Below are positions 26,567 to 35,252 of a stretch of DNA of 46,903 bases, piece after piece. The translations under genes and the position numbers were made by a program. The notes below the pieces were generated by a model, which did no database searches, was not told where the DNA came from, and saw only the letters and a list, made by a program, of their open reading frames with translations. The first letter of the stretch is position 1. Every line of letters begins with the position of its first letter. Location: IMG/VR virus record IMGVR_UViG_3300022666_000083, positions 1 to 46,903 of that record; one strand, given 5' to 3'. This DNA comes from a virus. Taxonomy: Duplodnaviria > Caudoviricetes.

Positions 26567-27205
26567 ATGAGTAAGTTGGTCACTCTGTATCTTGGACCGG
26601 CGATTGGTTTGTCAGCTCGGCGATTGGTAATCACGAGGATACCAGTTGTTGCAGATGAGTACGACATGCCACCGGCAGCTCAGTACGTTGGCACGTTGGC
26701 CGCTACAGCTACTCATGTTGCTATTGTGATGCCGCAGGGATTGTGGCAGGCTCGGCTGAAGGACTATAAGTTGACGGGCGAGGAAAGTAGTGTAGACGTT
26801 CTCAATTTCCAGTCGGGTGGGGATCTTCAATTTCCCGGTCCGAAGGGCGTTGATCGGTTGAGTGTGTTTTGTATTGAGGATGTAAGTAGTTCGAGTAGTT
26901 CGGTCAGTTCTTCCTCGTCAAGCTCTCAGTCGTTTACGTCAACCTCTAGTTCGTCCCCATCTAGTTCGTCCTCATCGAGCAGCTCCAGTTCGGTGTCAAC
27001 CAGCAGTGTGTCGTCGTCCTCCTCGTCCTCCTCGTCCTCTAGTTCCGTTTCAACAAGTAGCAGTTCGACACCAGATACCTCCTCAAGCAGCTCCACGTCA
27101 CCTAGTTCTGTCAGCACTGTCAGCAGTGGTAGCTCGAGCAGCTCCAGTTCGGTGTCAACCAGCAGTGTGTCATCGAGTAGCAGTTCATCGTCCAGTGGCG
27201 TGTAA
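26567..27205 (+). CDS. beta-domain protein with about 105-aa poly-Ser tail (paralog B)
   Basis: MSKLVTLYLGPAIGLSARRLV...LQFPGPK, a clear tandem paralog of the gene at 25905. Confidence 0.8.
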   Translation: MSKLVTLYLGPAIGLSARRLVITRIPVVADEYDMPPAAQYVGTLAATATHVAIVMPQGLWQARLKDYKLTGEESSVDVLNFQSGGDLQFPGPKGVDRLSVFCIEDVSSSSSSVSSSSSSSQSFTSTSSSSPSSSSSSSSSSSVSTSSVSSSSSSSSSSSSVSTSSSSTPDTSSSSSTSPSSVSTVSSGSSSSSSSVSTSSVSSSSSSSSSGV

Positions 27206-27216
27206 GGAGATTTACA

Positions 27217-27513
27217 ATGCCTATTGAAAAACAACTCCCGCCGAAGGATTTCAATACGGTTGTTCGGTGGATTAAGACCCAGAGTATCGAACGGGTCAAG
27301 GAGTTGGTGCCGCTGTTGACCTTGACAATGGCTCGGGTGGGAGCCCGTCCAAACTTCCGTCGAATCGTCAATGGTCCGGCGCCGGCAGGGAGTGACCAGT
27401 TTGACGTGGGCTCGATTGCTACTTGGTTGAGGGGTGTCAACAAACAAGACAAGTGGGCTATCAAGCAGGTGGTGGCATTGGATGCCACTATCCGTGCTCG
27501 TCTGGGAGGGTAG
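27217..27513 (+). CDS. hypothetical protein
   Basis: AAGGAG RBS. Confidence 0.65.
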   Translation: MPIEKQLPPKDFNTVVRWIKTQSIERVKELVPLLTLTMARVGARPNFRRIVNGPAPAGSDQFDVGSIATWLRGVNKQDKWAIKQVVALDATIRARLGG

Positions 27514-27515
27514 TG

Positions 27516-27806
27516 ATGTTTTTGAGCTACGAGCAACTTGAACTCCCACCTGGCGAGGTGAAAACTGCCAGTGATATCTCCATCCCGGCTGGAGCAACTC
27601 TCGTTATGCTTCAAGCCAGTGGAAACAATGTTCGGTACATTATGGATAATGTTGAAAATCCGAACAGTGACTATGGTATGCTTTTGCTGACCACGAATCA
27701 GCCGGAGCAGTTTGGGATTGAGGATTTACTCCGAGGGAAGTTTACTTCGGATGCTGCTACAAACGCGTACCTCAATCTGCACTTCTATGCAGGACGAGCG
27801 ATATGA
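27516..27806 (+). CDS. small beta-rich hypothetical protein (possible decoration/structural)
   Basis: GGAGG RBS; IPAGATLVMLQASGNNVRY. Confidence 0.6.
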   Translation: MFLSYEQLELPPGEVKTASDISIPAGATLVMLQASGNNVRYIMDNVENPNSDYGMLLLTTNQPEQFGIEDLLRGKFTSDAATNAYLNLHFYAGRAI

Positions 27807-29605
27807 AAACAGCCAATGAGCTACTCCTAGCAGCGATTCGCCAGCGGTCTCAGAAGGCCACTGAGTTTGCCTATGGTATATTGACCGCCGACAGGTATGT
27901 CAAGACGATCCAAGATCAGATTGGCATTCACCGTTGCTATCGTCATATGGCCAAGGGGTCAACCAGTTATGACGATCTGTTGAAGAAAGCTAGTCAGACG
28001 TTGGTCTACAGCAACCCTGAGATGGAGCTCGAAGAGGTTGTTGACGTGAAGAAACTGAACGGGGAGATGAACAAGATTCAACTCCCCAAGAACGTACTAA
28101 TGACCTTCCGTCACGTTTTGACTAGCAGTCGAAAGGATCGTGACGGGGACGTTCTTCATGCAGATGGGGCTACGGTGGATCCGAAGATGTTGCTATTGTG
28201 GCAGCATGTTCATACAATGCCGATTGGCAAGTTGCTGCTTGTCCAGGAGAAGAACCCGAACCGTTTGGTTTGTGTTTCCTGTATTGTGGACATGAATGAA
28301 TTGTGCCATGATTCGGCCGTGATGGTTGACAATGGTATGGGTCGGTTCAGTCACGGATTTCGTGCGTTACGATTCTCCAAGAACAAGGAAGGTGTTGACA
28401 AGGATGGCGAAGGGTTCGATGTCAAGGAGTTCGAGATCATGGAAGAGTCGTTGGTTTCTGTCCCGGCGAACCCGGACGCCGAGACGGAGGAAGTGCTCCT
28501 CAGCCTAGTTGAGGGTGGTAAACTGACCAGTCCAATCTTGAAGGAGATTGGTCAGGGCATTCGCAGCCATCGCAACATTCAGGTACCTGGAGTGAAAATT
28601 CAGTATCGAGAACAGGTGGGTGGGGCGGTCCGAGAGCTCGCCTGCCACGACTTCAGCCAGTTGAAGCAAGCAGCGGAAGCTGGTTTGATTGGGGTGAAAA
28701 ATGAGAACAAGTCAGCAGATCGAACAGGAGAGAGAGCGACAGGAGAAGGACAAGCCGGCACATCAAAAGAAGCCGATGAGCTTGCCAGTGACAAAGCAAA
28801 AGCAACAGAGGGAGAAACCGACAAGCCACAAGTGACTTGTCCTGAGTGTGACTGGAAGGGACCGAAGCCCGACGATGGCGTGTGCCCGGAGTGTGGCGCG
28901 GAGTTGGGTGGGAAGACTGAGGAAGAGTCGGTTGAAGAAGAAACGGAGGAGAAGGGAGAAGAGTTGGATCTCAAGTCTTTGGACGCCAAGCCCTATGCTA
29001 ACGAGCACGCCGCCCGTCAGTACGATCCGGACAAGTTCGACAAGTTCCGTCGCCAGAACAACAAGTTTGGCGAAGGCATCCATGCGATTTGGGGGATTGA
29101 TAAAGAGGGAAAGACTACCCTCCAGTCGATCCGATTCGACTCCAGCAAGTTTAGTCCCGAGCAAGCAAAGAAGTGGCTGGAGGAGCACAAGATGGCTGTC
29201 AACCTGGAGGCAGCCAAGGAAAAGGAAGAGGCTACCGAAGAGAAATCTCTGTCTGGCACCAAAATCGGACGGGTGATCTCCACCACCAATGAAAAACGGA
29301 TTCGCTGTGCCAAGGAAAACATAGATGAGGTACATGGCAAAGCGGTTAGCATGGAGCGGGGTCATGGTGCTCTGCTACGGGAAGCTAGTACTCACTTGGA
29401 TGAGGTATTGAAGACAATCGGTGGGGAGACAGTCGAACAGCCGAATCGGAAACCTACAGTGTTCACGGTTTCGATGGCGGCCGCACTGTTCCTGGCAGAG
29501 GCCAGTCCTCCTGAGCGTAAACGAATGATGGACTCGTTGAAGGCCATCACGGAAGTGGAAACGATGGATCGGAAACTAGCTATCTTGCGTAAGTTTGGAA
29601 AATGA
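27803..29605 (+). CDS. HK97-family prohead protease with extra C-terminal modules
   Basis: DRDGDVL, LLWQH, PIGK, FSHGF and EESLVSVPANPDA; then a CPEC..CPEC zinc ribbon, a PYANEHAAR module and KIGRVISTTNEKRI. Confidence 0.85.
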   Translation: MKTANELLLAAIRQRSQKATEFAYGILTADRYVKTIQDQIGIHRCYRHMAKGSTSYDDLLKKASQTLVYSNPEMELEEVVDVKKLNGEMNKIQLPKNVLMTFRHVLTSSRKDRDGDVLHADGATVDPKMLLLWQHVHTMPIGKLLLVQEKNPNRLVCVSCIVDMNELCHDSAVMVDNGMGRFSHGFRALRFSKNKEGVDKDGEGFDVKEFEIMEESLVSVPANPDAETEEVLLSLVEGGKLTSPILKEIGQGIRSHRNIQVPGVKIQYREQVGGAVRELACHDFSQLKQAAEAGLIGVKNENKSADRTGERATGEGQAGTSKEADELASDKAKATEGETDKPQVTCPECDWKGPKPDDGVCPECGAELGGKTEEESVEEETEEKGEELDLKSLDAKPYANEHAARQYDPDKFDKFRRQNNKFGEGIHAIWGIDKEGKTTLQSIRFDSSKFSPEQAKKWLEEHKMAVNLEAAKEKEEATEEKSLSGTKIGRVISTTNEKRIRCAKENIDEVHGKAVSMERGHGALLREASTHLDEVLKTIGGETVEQPNRKPTVFTVSMAAALFLAEASPPERKRMMDSLKAITEVETMDRKLAILRKFGK

Positions 29606-29607
29606 TT

Positions 29608-29632
29608 CGTCGCGAGTGTTTCGCGGCGGTTT
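29608..29632 (+). other. hairpin in the major capsid 5' leader
   Basis: CGTCGCGA / TCGCGGCG stem between the protease stop and the capsid RBS. Confidence 0.4.
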
Positions 29633-29663
29633 AAGGTGTTGCGTGTATCCATAGGAGAAAACG

Positions 29664-31289
29664 ATGAAGATCACGCAAGCGTTGAAGGCCTTTCTCGTGC
29701 AAAACTGTGACGTCGAGCCCGATGCCACCGATGCCGAGTTTAAGGCGGCCGCCGGCGAGGCGTTTGCGAACGGCAAACTGACGGCTGAGAAGTACACGGA
29801 ACTGACGAAGGATGTTGGGTCCGACGAGCTCGAAGAGTTCAGTGAGAAGTTCGAACGGATTGCGGACGGCTTGGAGAAGGCAGTGGAGTTGCTGACTGCC
29901 CAGAAGGAAACCAAGACTGAGACCAAGGAGGAGAAGAAGGAGCCAGAGGGCGAGAAGGAGAAGAAACCCGATGGTACCAAGGACAAGAAGCCAATGAGCC
30001 GGATGGCAAAGATGATGTCTGGCAACCTTCGGGAGTCGGAGGAGGATGACATCGAAGTTCGGGTCAAGGAAGCGGCTGAGTCGTACTCCGACACGAAGTC
30101 GGTGCTACTCTATCCGACTCACACCAAGGCGGGTCGGGGTCATCCGTTTGCTGGGCAGCCGGTGAGTGACTACTCGGAGGGTGGTCGGGCGATGAGTGTC
30201 CCCAGCGATCGGGACAAGGCCGTGGTCGGCGCGTTCGGCAAATACTTGTGTGCCGTTGCACAGAAGAAGAGCCGAAACTTGGCGTGGATGGGCATGCCCC
30301 AGCACGACAAGGAGCTGATTTGCTACGCAATGGAAAAGATGGACTGGTGTGGAGCCAGTGATGGTGGTGATTATGCCGACATCGTTCGGCAGAAGCTCAC
30401 CCCGACTTTGCAAAAGGCTTTGATTGATGATGCTACTAGCGGTGGTGTGGAGGCGGTGCCGATCGTGTTCGATGACATGATCATCCAGACCCCGATCCTC
30501 AACGGTGAACTGTTCCCGTTGGTGAACGTAGTGCCCTTGGACAAGGGTCGCCGGGTTCAGGGAGCGGCGGCAGGCACCGTGACCGGGTCGTGGGGCGGTG
30601 TGGACGATACGGAAATCACCCTGTTCGACACCACTTCCTATGTGTCGAGTTTCGACACCACCATCTTCCGTTGGGAAGGTGCAGTCCGCATCGGTTTGGA
30701 CTTCATGTCCGACACGCCGATCGACTTCGCCCAGTTGTTGACCCAACAGTATGGTGAGGTGCTCTTGAACGACTTGGACGATGTGGTTGCCACGGGCAAC
30801 GGCACGACCCAGCCGGAAGGTATTATGAACAAGACTGGTACGACGTCGGTTGCCTGGGGTGGAGCCACCTCGATTGGCAATTACGAGTCGTTGCGGTTTG
30901 GTGTTCACAAGCGGGAGCACACGGCCAACATGGCTCGGACCGCCGTGTTCTGTGGTACGGACACGAGCTACCAGCGCGCGTTGGCGCTGTCGGTTGGGGC
31001 GAGCGATTACCGTCGCCTGGCCTCCACCAACCAGTTGCCCAACTACGATGGGTACTCGTGGATGCAGCGCCCGTACAAGGTCAACGAGTCGTTGACCAAC
31101 GCCGAAATCTTCTACGCCATCCTCGGTCGTTACCGGATGTATCGTCGTCGTGGTTTGACGATGCGTTCCAGCACCGAGGGTGATACGTTGATCCGCCGTA
31201 ACGAGATGTTGATGGTGGGTATGGCCCGCTACGGTGGCCAGCTTGAGCGCGGTGCAGCGGCAGCCAAGACGAGCGATGCCCCTGCGTAG
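29664..31289 (+). CDS. major capsid protein (HK97 fold) with long N-terminal scaffold region
   Basis: Directly after the protease; QK-AL...SGGVEAVP, DFMSDTPIDF and GNGTTQPEGI; strong codon bias. Confidence 0.9.
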   Translation: MKITQALKAFLVQNCDVEPDATDAEFKAAAGEAFANGKLTAEKYTELTKDVGSDELEEFSEKFERIADGLEKAVELLTAQKETKTETKEEKKEPEGEKEKKPDGTKDKKPMSRMAKMMSGNLRESEEDDIEVRVKEAAESYSDTKSVLLYPTHTKAGRGHPFAGQPVSDYSEGGRAMSVPSDRDKAVVGAFGKYLCAVAQKKSRNLAWMGMPQHDKELICYAMEKMDWCGASDGGDYADIVRQKLTPTLQKALIDDATSGGVEAVPIVFDDMIIQTPILNGELFPLVNVVPLDKGRRVQGAAAGTVTGSWGGVDDTEITLFDTTSYVSSFDTTIFRWEGAVRIGLDFMSDTPIDFAQLLTQQYGEVLLNDLDDVVATGNGTTQPEGIMNKTGTTSVAWGGATSIGNYESLRFGVHKREHTANMARTAVFCGTDTSYQRALALSVGASDYRRLASTNQLPNYDGYSWMQRPYKVNESLTNAEIFYAILGRYRMYRRRGLTMRSSTEGDTLIRRNEMLMVGMARYGGQLERGAAAAKTSDAPA

Positions 31290-31316
31290 TCCTACGGGGT
31301 TGAATTCCCCCCAGTC

Positions 31317-31353
31317 GCCTCCGGCTAGGTCCCGTTCTCGCCTAGCCGGAGGC
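31317..31353 (+). other. strong stem-loop downstream of the capsid gene
   Basis: GCCTCCGGCTAGG / CCTAGCCGGAGGC perfect 13-bp stem with no U-tract. Confidence 0.7.
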
Positions 31354-31404
31354 ATGTCCTAAACCTCAAAGAGAACGATCAAGAGAACGAAAGGTAAGAG
31401 AACG

Positions 31405-32004
31405 ATGTCAGTAACTGAAGAAAAGAAAACAGAGGCAGTAGTGGCCCCCTTTGGTATTGAAGCCGATCATCACACGAACAGTGACTTGTTGATCCAAGCT
31501 ATTCCAGGGTGTCGCTTACGCAGTGCCCTTCGACCGAGACCAGTGAAGGATCGGAAAACGGGCAACATGATGATCTCCGCTGATCAGGCCGCCGTGTTGG
31601 GTAAGTTTCCGCCGGTGCCCGGCATGCAGTTGCATGTCAATCCAGCAAAATTGACCTATACCATCATCGACCCGTTGAACGATGATGAGCAGTTGTGTGA
31701 TCGGATCCGTCAAGCTATCAATGCTTCTAGTGTCACTCGTGTAAGTGGTAAACTCCACGGGGTCGAGACGGTGAAGGGAAAGTTAGATGTACATCGGATG
31801 AAGACTTTGGTTCGGGAGCTTCGGTGGCTTCTGGATAGCGAGGACGTCAAAGAGGTGAATGGTAAAGTACCCGAGATGGAAGACATTGAGGAGCTTCCCG
31901 GTAACTTCCTGTTGAATCCTGGTGCTCGTATCCCCAACAGCCAGCCCGTATTTGAGAAGGACTGGGATGCATGGGTACAGAATCTGACTCGTGTGGGAGG
32001 GTGA
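31405..32004 (+). CDS. hypothetical protein (head-associated position)
   Basis: 199-aa ORF directly after the capsid gene. Confidence 0.7.
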   Translation: MSVTEEKKTEAVVAPFGIEADHHTNSDLLIQAIPGCRLRSALRPRPVKDRKTGNMMISADQAAVLGKFPPVPGMQLHVNPAKLTYTIIDPLNDDEQLCDRIRQAINASSVTRVSGKLHGVETVKGKLDVHRMKTLVRELRWLLDSEDVKEVNGKVPEMEDIEELPGNFLLNPGARIPNSQPVFEKDWDAWVQNLTRVGG

Positions 32005-32007
32005 GCG

Positions 32008-32502
32008 ATGGCGGTTGGGACATCGGCAGCAGTAGAACGTGCCAGGCAGCGTCGGGTCGCTGCTGCCGATGTCCGTCTTGTTCGTATTCAGTGGTTCTTG
32101 GACAACGTGGTTGATAAAGTCAAGACTCCACTGAGGACACGAGTTAAGATGGCTGCTGAGTATGTACGGGACAAGTGCGTCCGGAACATTAGTCGGCCTG
32201 TGGCAAAGACGCCGGTACTACGTCAAAGGGTTACAAGTGCCGGGAAGAAGGGAAGTCAGTATACGAAGGTTACAGACCGTAGTAAGTCTGGCGAGTTCCC
32301 CAAAGCGGATACTACCCAATTGATGAAGACTCTGTTCAGCGATGTCAAAGAGATTTCTCCAGGGGCATTTGAGGGATATGTTGGGACACCGCTTTTGTAT
32401 GGACTTGCGTTGGAACTTAAGATGGCGAGACAGTTTCTCACCAGAACTCTAAATGAGGAACGAGCAACGATCATCAGGATATTGACGGGACCAATTCAAT
32501 GA
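32008..32502 (+). CDS. neck / tail-completion protein (HK97 gp10-like)
   Basis: RSKSGEFPKADTTQL...VGTPLLYGLALE...RQFLTRTL pattern and position. Confidence 0.65.
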   Translation: MAVGTSAAVERARQRRVAAADVRLVRIQWFLDNVVDKVKTPLRTRVKMAAEYVRDKCVRNISRPVAKTPVLRQRVTSAGKKGSQYTKVTDRSKSGEFPKADTTQLMKTLFSDVKEISPGAFEGYVGTPLLYGLALELKMARQFLTRTLNEERATIIRILTGPIQ

Positions 32503-33011
32503 GTGTTGGGTCAGCAGACCTCTGGAAAGGGATTACAGCAGCCTGGGATACCGCTGAACTGGATACCAAGTTTAGTGAGCTGTGGCCAAGCACCACCCCA
32601 ACCGATACGTTTGATGTGTTACATGAAATGGAAGCGTCCCCCAATCAACCGTTTCCCTATTGCGTGGTAGAAATGGAAAAGCCGTCGGTCCGGGGACGTA
32701 TGTCAGGCAAAACCTCTACTACGAAGAGGGAGACTAGGGAAGCGGTTGTGACTTTCAACATTCATACTTATGCGAGGCAGGGTGACAATCGGGGAGCGAA
32801 AGAGATTGCTGCCTATCTTGCAGAGGAGGTGATGAAGGTCTTTGGGGGACACCCAACAGTGCAGGCGACTGGGACGATTACACTAGACAATGGCAATCAC
32901 CTGATTACACAATTCCAAACCGACTATTCAGTGAGGACAGAACAAGAACACTATCAATGGGTCTTGTCTTATCTGTTCCTGGTGGATGTGCCGGTAGCTG
33001 TAGGAGCGTAG
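32499..33011 (+). CDS. tail terminator protein
   Basis: PFPYCVV...VTFNIH pattern, between neck and tube genes. Confidence 0.6.
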   Translation: MSVGSADLWKGITAAWDTAELDTKFSELWPSTTPTDTFDVLHEMEASPNQPFPYCVVEMEKPSVRGRMSGKTSTTKRETREAVVTFNIHTYARQGDNRGAKEIAAYLAEEVMKVFGGHPTVQATGTITLDNGNHLITQFQTDYSVRTEQEHYQWVLSYLFLVDVPVAVGA

Positions 33012-33014
33012 ACA

Positions 33015-33791
33015 ATGGGTACACGAACATTATCAGGTGCTAAGATCACGGTCAAGCTAACGGGTACTTTCCAGAACACTCTGGATGATGGTACTGTTGT
33101 AGCTATTTCGCACCCAGACTTGAACTACGTCAAATCATTGTCGGATGGTTCTGGTCCAAATGAGGCCAATCGTGCGTGGCAGATCTCGGGATCGTTGGAG
33201 ATCAACGAGCAGATTATTCTAGATCTCGAGAAGATGGCAGGTCTGGATATTGGAGCAGGGGAGGGCATGGATGGACTTGGACAGGAGTATGACATTGAGT
33301 GTATTACGATGATCGCTATCGTGAATGATAATTTGGTCACTGATCCTGGTTTGCTGTCGTATGCCGATGGTACTGTCTTGGATTATCCGTGGGACGGTCT
33401 GGGAGGCACTCCGGGAAGTAGCAATGCGTACCTCAAGGGCCAAGGATTGGCTCTTAAGTGTCAAATGGCTGAGGGGGGCATCAATGTAGGCGAAACCAAT
33501 GGTTATAGATTGCGATTGAGCGCAATCCTCGGACCTGTGGATTACAAGGTGTTCATACTCGGTCGTACGGATGAGAATGTATCGAGTAGTAGCGCCTCCA
33601 GTTCGAGCAGTGTTAGCTCCAGCTCCAGTTCGTCTTCGAGTGTGAGTACGAGTAGCTCGTCTCGGTCCGAAACCAGCAGCAGTAGTGTGAGCAGTGTGAG
33701 CTCTAGCTCCAGTAGTGAATCGTCTCCTTCCAGCGTGTCCAGTAGTAGTTCTAGCGAAAGCTCCAGTAGCTTGAGCACATCTGATAGATAG
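33015..33791 (+). CDS. structural protein with about 70-aa poly-Ser tail
   Basis: Beta-rich domain followed by DENVSSSS...; lies within the tail operon. Confidence 0.7.
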   Translation: MGTRTLSGAKITVKLTGTFQNTLDDGTVVAISHPDLNYVKSLSDGSGPNEANRAWQISGSLEINEQIILDLEKMAGLDIGAGEGMDGLGQEYDIECITMIAIVNDNLVTDPGLLSYADGTVLDYPWDGLGGTPGSSNAYLKGQGLALKCQMAEGGINVGETNGYRLRLSAILGPVDYKVFILGRTDENVSSSSASSSSSVSSSSSSSSSVSTSSSSRSETSSSSVSSVSSSSSSESSPSSVSSSSSSESSSSLSTSDR

Positions 33792-33802
33792 GAGTGATTG
33801 AT

Positions 33803-34231
33803 ATGTCCAGCGAAACGGCCCTAACCGGGCGCCTGGGAAAGTTTGTGGTAGATGGCTCGCTGGTGGCTCGTACCACTCAGTGGGCTGTCAACCCCAAGCT
33901 CGCCAACAGTAGTGAATGGGGCGACAGCGACTCGGCTGGACATACCAATCGAGCCGCTGGTCGTAAGGACTGTACTTTCAGTGCAGAAGGGAAGTTCGAC
34001 ACAGATGACGAGCAGTACGATCTGTTCCAGCCAGGAGACATTGCTTTGGCTGTTCTTTGGTTGAATGCCAGTTTGTACTGGTACTTCACCAGGGCATTGT
34101 GTTCGGACTTCAAGCTGACGGTCAACATTGATACTGAGGAAGTAATTGGATGGACTTCCGAGTGGGGTGAAGACGGGAAGTCCTACTATCCGGGTGAGTC
34201 TGGTGCACCGGCGGCCACACTGCCGAGCTAA
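33803..34231 (+). CDS. major tail tube protein
   Basis: Short beta-rich acidic protein (WAVN...DSDS...AGRKDCTFSAEG) upstream of the chaperone and tape measure genes. Confidence 0.65.
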   Translation: MSSETALTGRLGKFVVDGSLVARTTQWAVNPKLANSSEWGDSDSAGHTNRAAGRKDCTFSAEGKFDTDDEQYDLFQPGDIALAVLWLNASLYWYFTRALCSDFKLTVNIDTEEVIGWTSEWGEDGKSYYPGESGAPAATLPS

Positions 34232-34236
34232 TTCCA

Positions 34237-34476
34237 ATGGATTCACAACTACACATAGTGATACGTCGGGAGGTACATTACCTCCCGACGTGTCCGTGTA
34301 GTGATTGTCAAGCTGAAAGAGAACGACGTGCTACAATTCAACAGACCCCTTCCGAGCATCTTCCAATTCGACAGATTCCTGTCTCCGTTGCCTTTGTTCT
34401 GGGCTATCTACCTGCTCGCAGTCCGTTGGGTTCCGTGGCTCGTGGTATTTCTTCGCGACAAACCGGCCTGTCGTAA
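34237..34476 (+). CDS. small hypothetical protein with HxxxxCxCxxC
   Basis: ORF directly after the tube gene; weak RBS. Confidence 0.35.
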   Translation: MDSQLHIVIRREVHYLPTCPCSDCQAERERRATIQQTPSEHLPIRQIPVSVAFVLGYLPARSPLGSVARGISSRQTGLS

Positions 34477-34575
34477 CGTGTAACGTGGGGTAAGCCGGTA
34501 TATGGTAGGGGAACCCCCTTTACCTAACCCCCGTGTTGTCGGCGCGTACAAACCGTTTGCTAAAGGAGAACGAAA

Positions 34576-35214
34576 ATGAGTGAAGAGATGGCACGTGCGC
34601 TGGGTGCTTCTGGCGCTTTGACAGTAACGATCGGTGGAAAGGAGTGTACAGTCCGTCCGTTGGGTATCCAGGAGCTGACTGAACTAGAACGAGATTGCCT
34701 CACTCGTTACAAAAGGCAGTATTTGGAGACGTTTGCCAAGAACATGGATCTATTGCCTAGGGATCAGAGGGGTACTCTACTCGAAAGGGAAATGCGAGAG
34801 GTAGCTAAGTGGGATGTTGAGAATCTTCCATCCAAGTATGCCTATGATGCCCAGCGGATACCAGTCAATGATAAACTGAGGAAGTGGCTGGTGGACAATA
34901 TCAAGGTGGATGCCGATGCTTCGGATGCCAAGGTAAGAAGGTTGGCAGCTACGGCTTTGGATCAGTCTCTTTTGTCGCCTGAAGATTATGAGAAGTTGGT
35001 AGGCAGCAAGACTCCCAAAGTTCAGGTGCCCTATGTCAATTGGTGGTTGGTGGCCAGTTACGATGGGATCGTATCAATGTTGTGGTCTGCTTTTCGCCGT
35101 AACGGAGTGACAAGGGAAGAAGTTGCCGATGCTATGACACAGAACATGCAGGTGTTGATGGAAGCCTCAAGAGAAATCGAGAGACTATCTACACCACAAG
35201 TGGGAAATGGATAG
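34576..35214 (+). CDS. tail assembly chaperone (G-like)
   Basis: AAGGAG RBS; VTIGGKECTVRPL; ends in the slippery G-GGA-AAT. Confidence 0.75.
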   Translation: MSEEMARALGASGALTVTIGGKECTVRPLGIQELTELERDCLTRYKRQYLETFAKNMDLLPRDQRGTLLEREMREVAKWDVENLPSKYAYDAQRIPVNDKLRKWLVDNIKVDADASDAKVRRLAATALDQSLLSPEDYEKLVGSKTPKVQVPYVNWWLVASYDGIVSMLWSAFRRNGVTREEVADAMTQNMQVLMEASREIERLSTPQVGNG

Positions 35215-35252
35215 GGCTCGCAGCCACGGGACGGAGTGATTGCGAGCAGCCC
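35202..35252 (+). other. programmed -1 ribosomal frameshift signal
   Basis: Heptamer G GGA AAT at 35202-35208 is in phase; hairpin GCTCGCA..TGCGAGC starts 7 nt downstream; the -1 frame is open to 35585. Confidence 0.8.

Noticed and set aside
26220-27200. Repetitive DNA as a possible CRISPR array or microsatellite
   Set aside because: There is no fixed repeat-spacer periodicity; the repetition comes from mixed serine codons in open frames.
30105-31355. 416-aa minus-strand ORF
   Set aside because: It is an antisense shadow of the codon-biased capsid gene and has no recognisable motifs.
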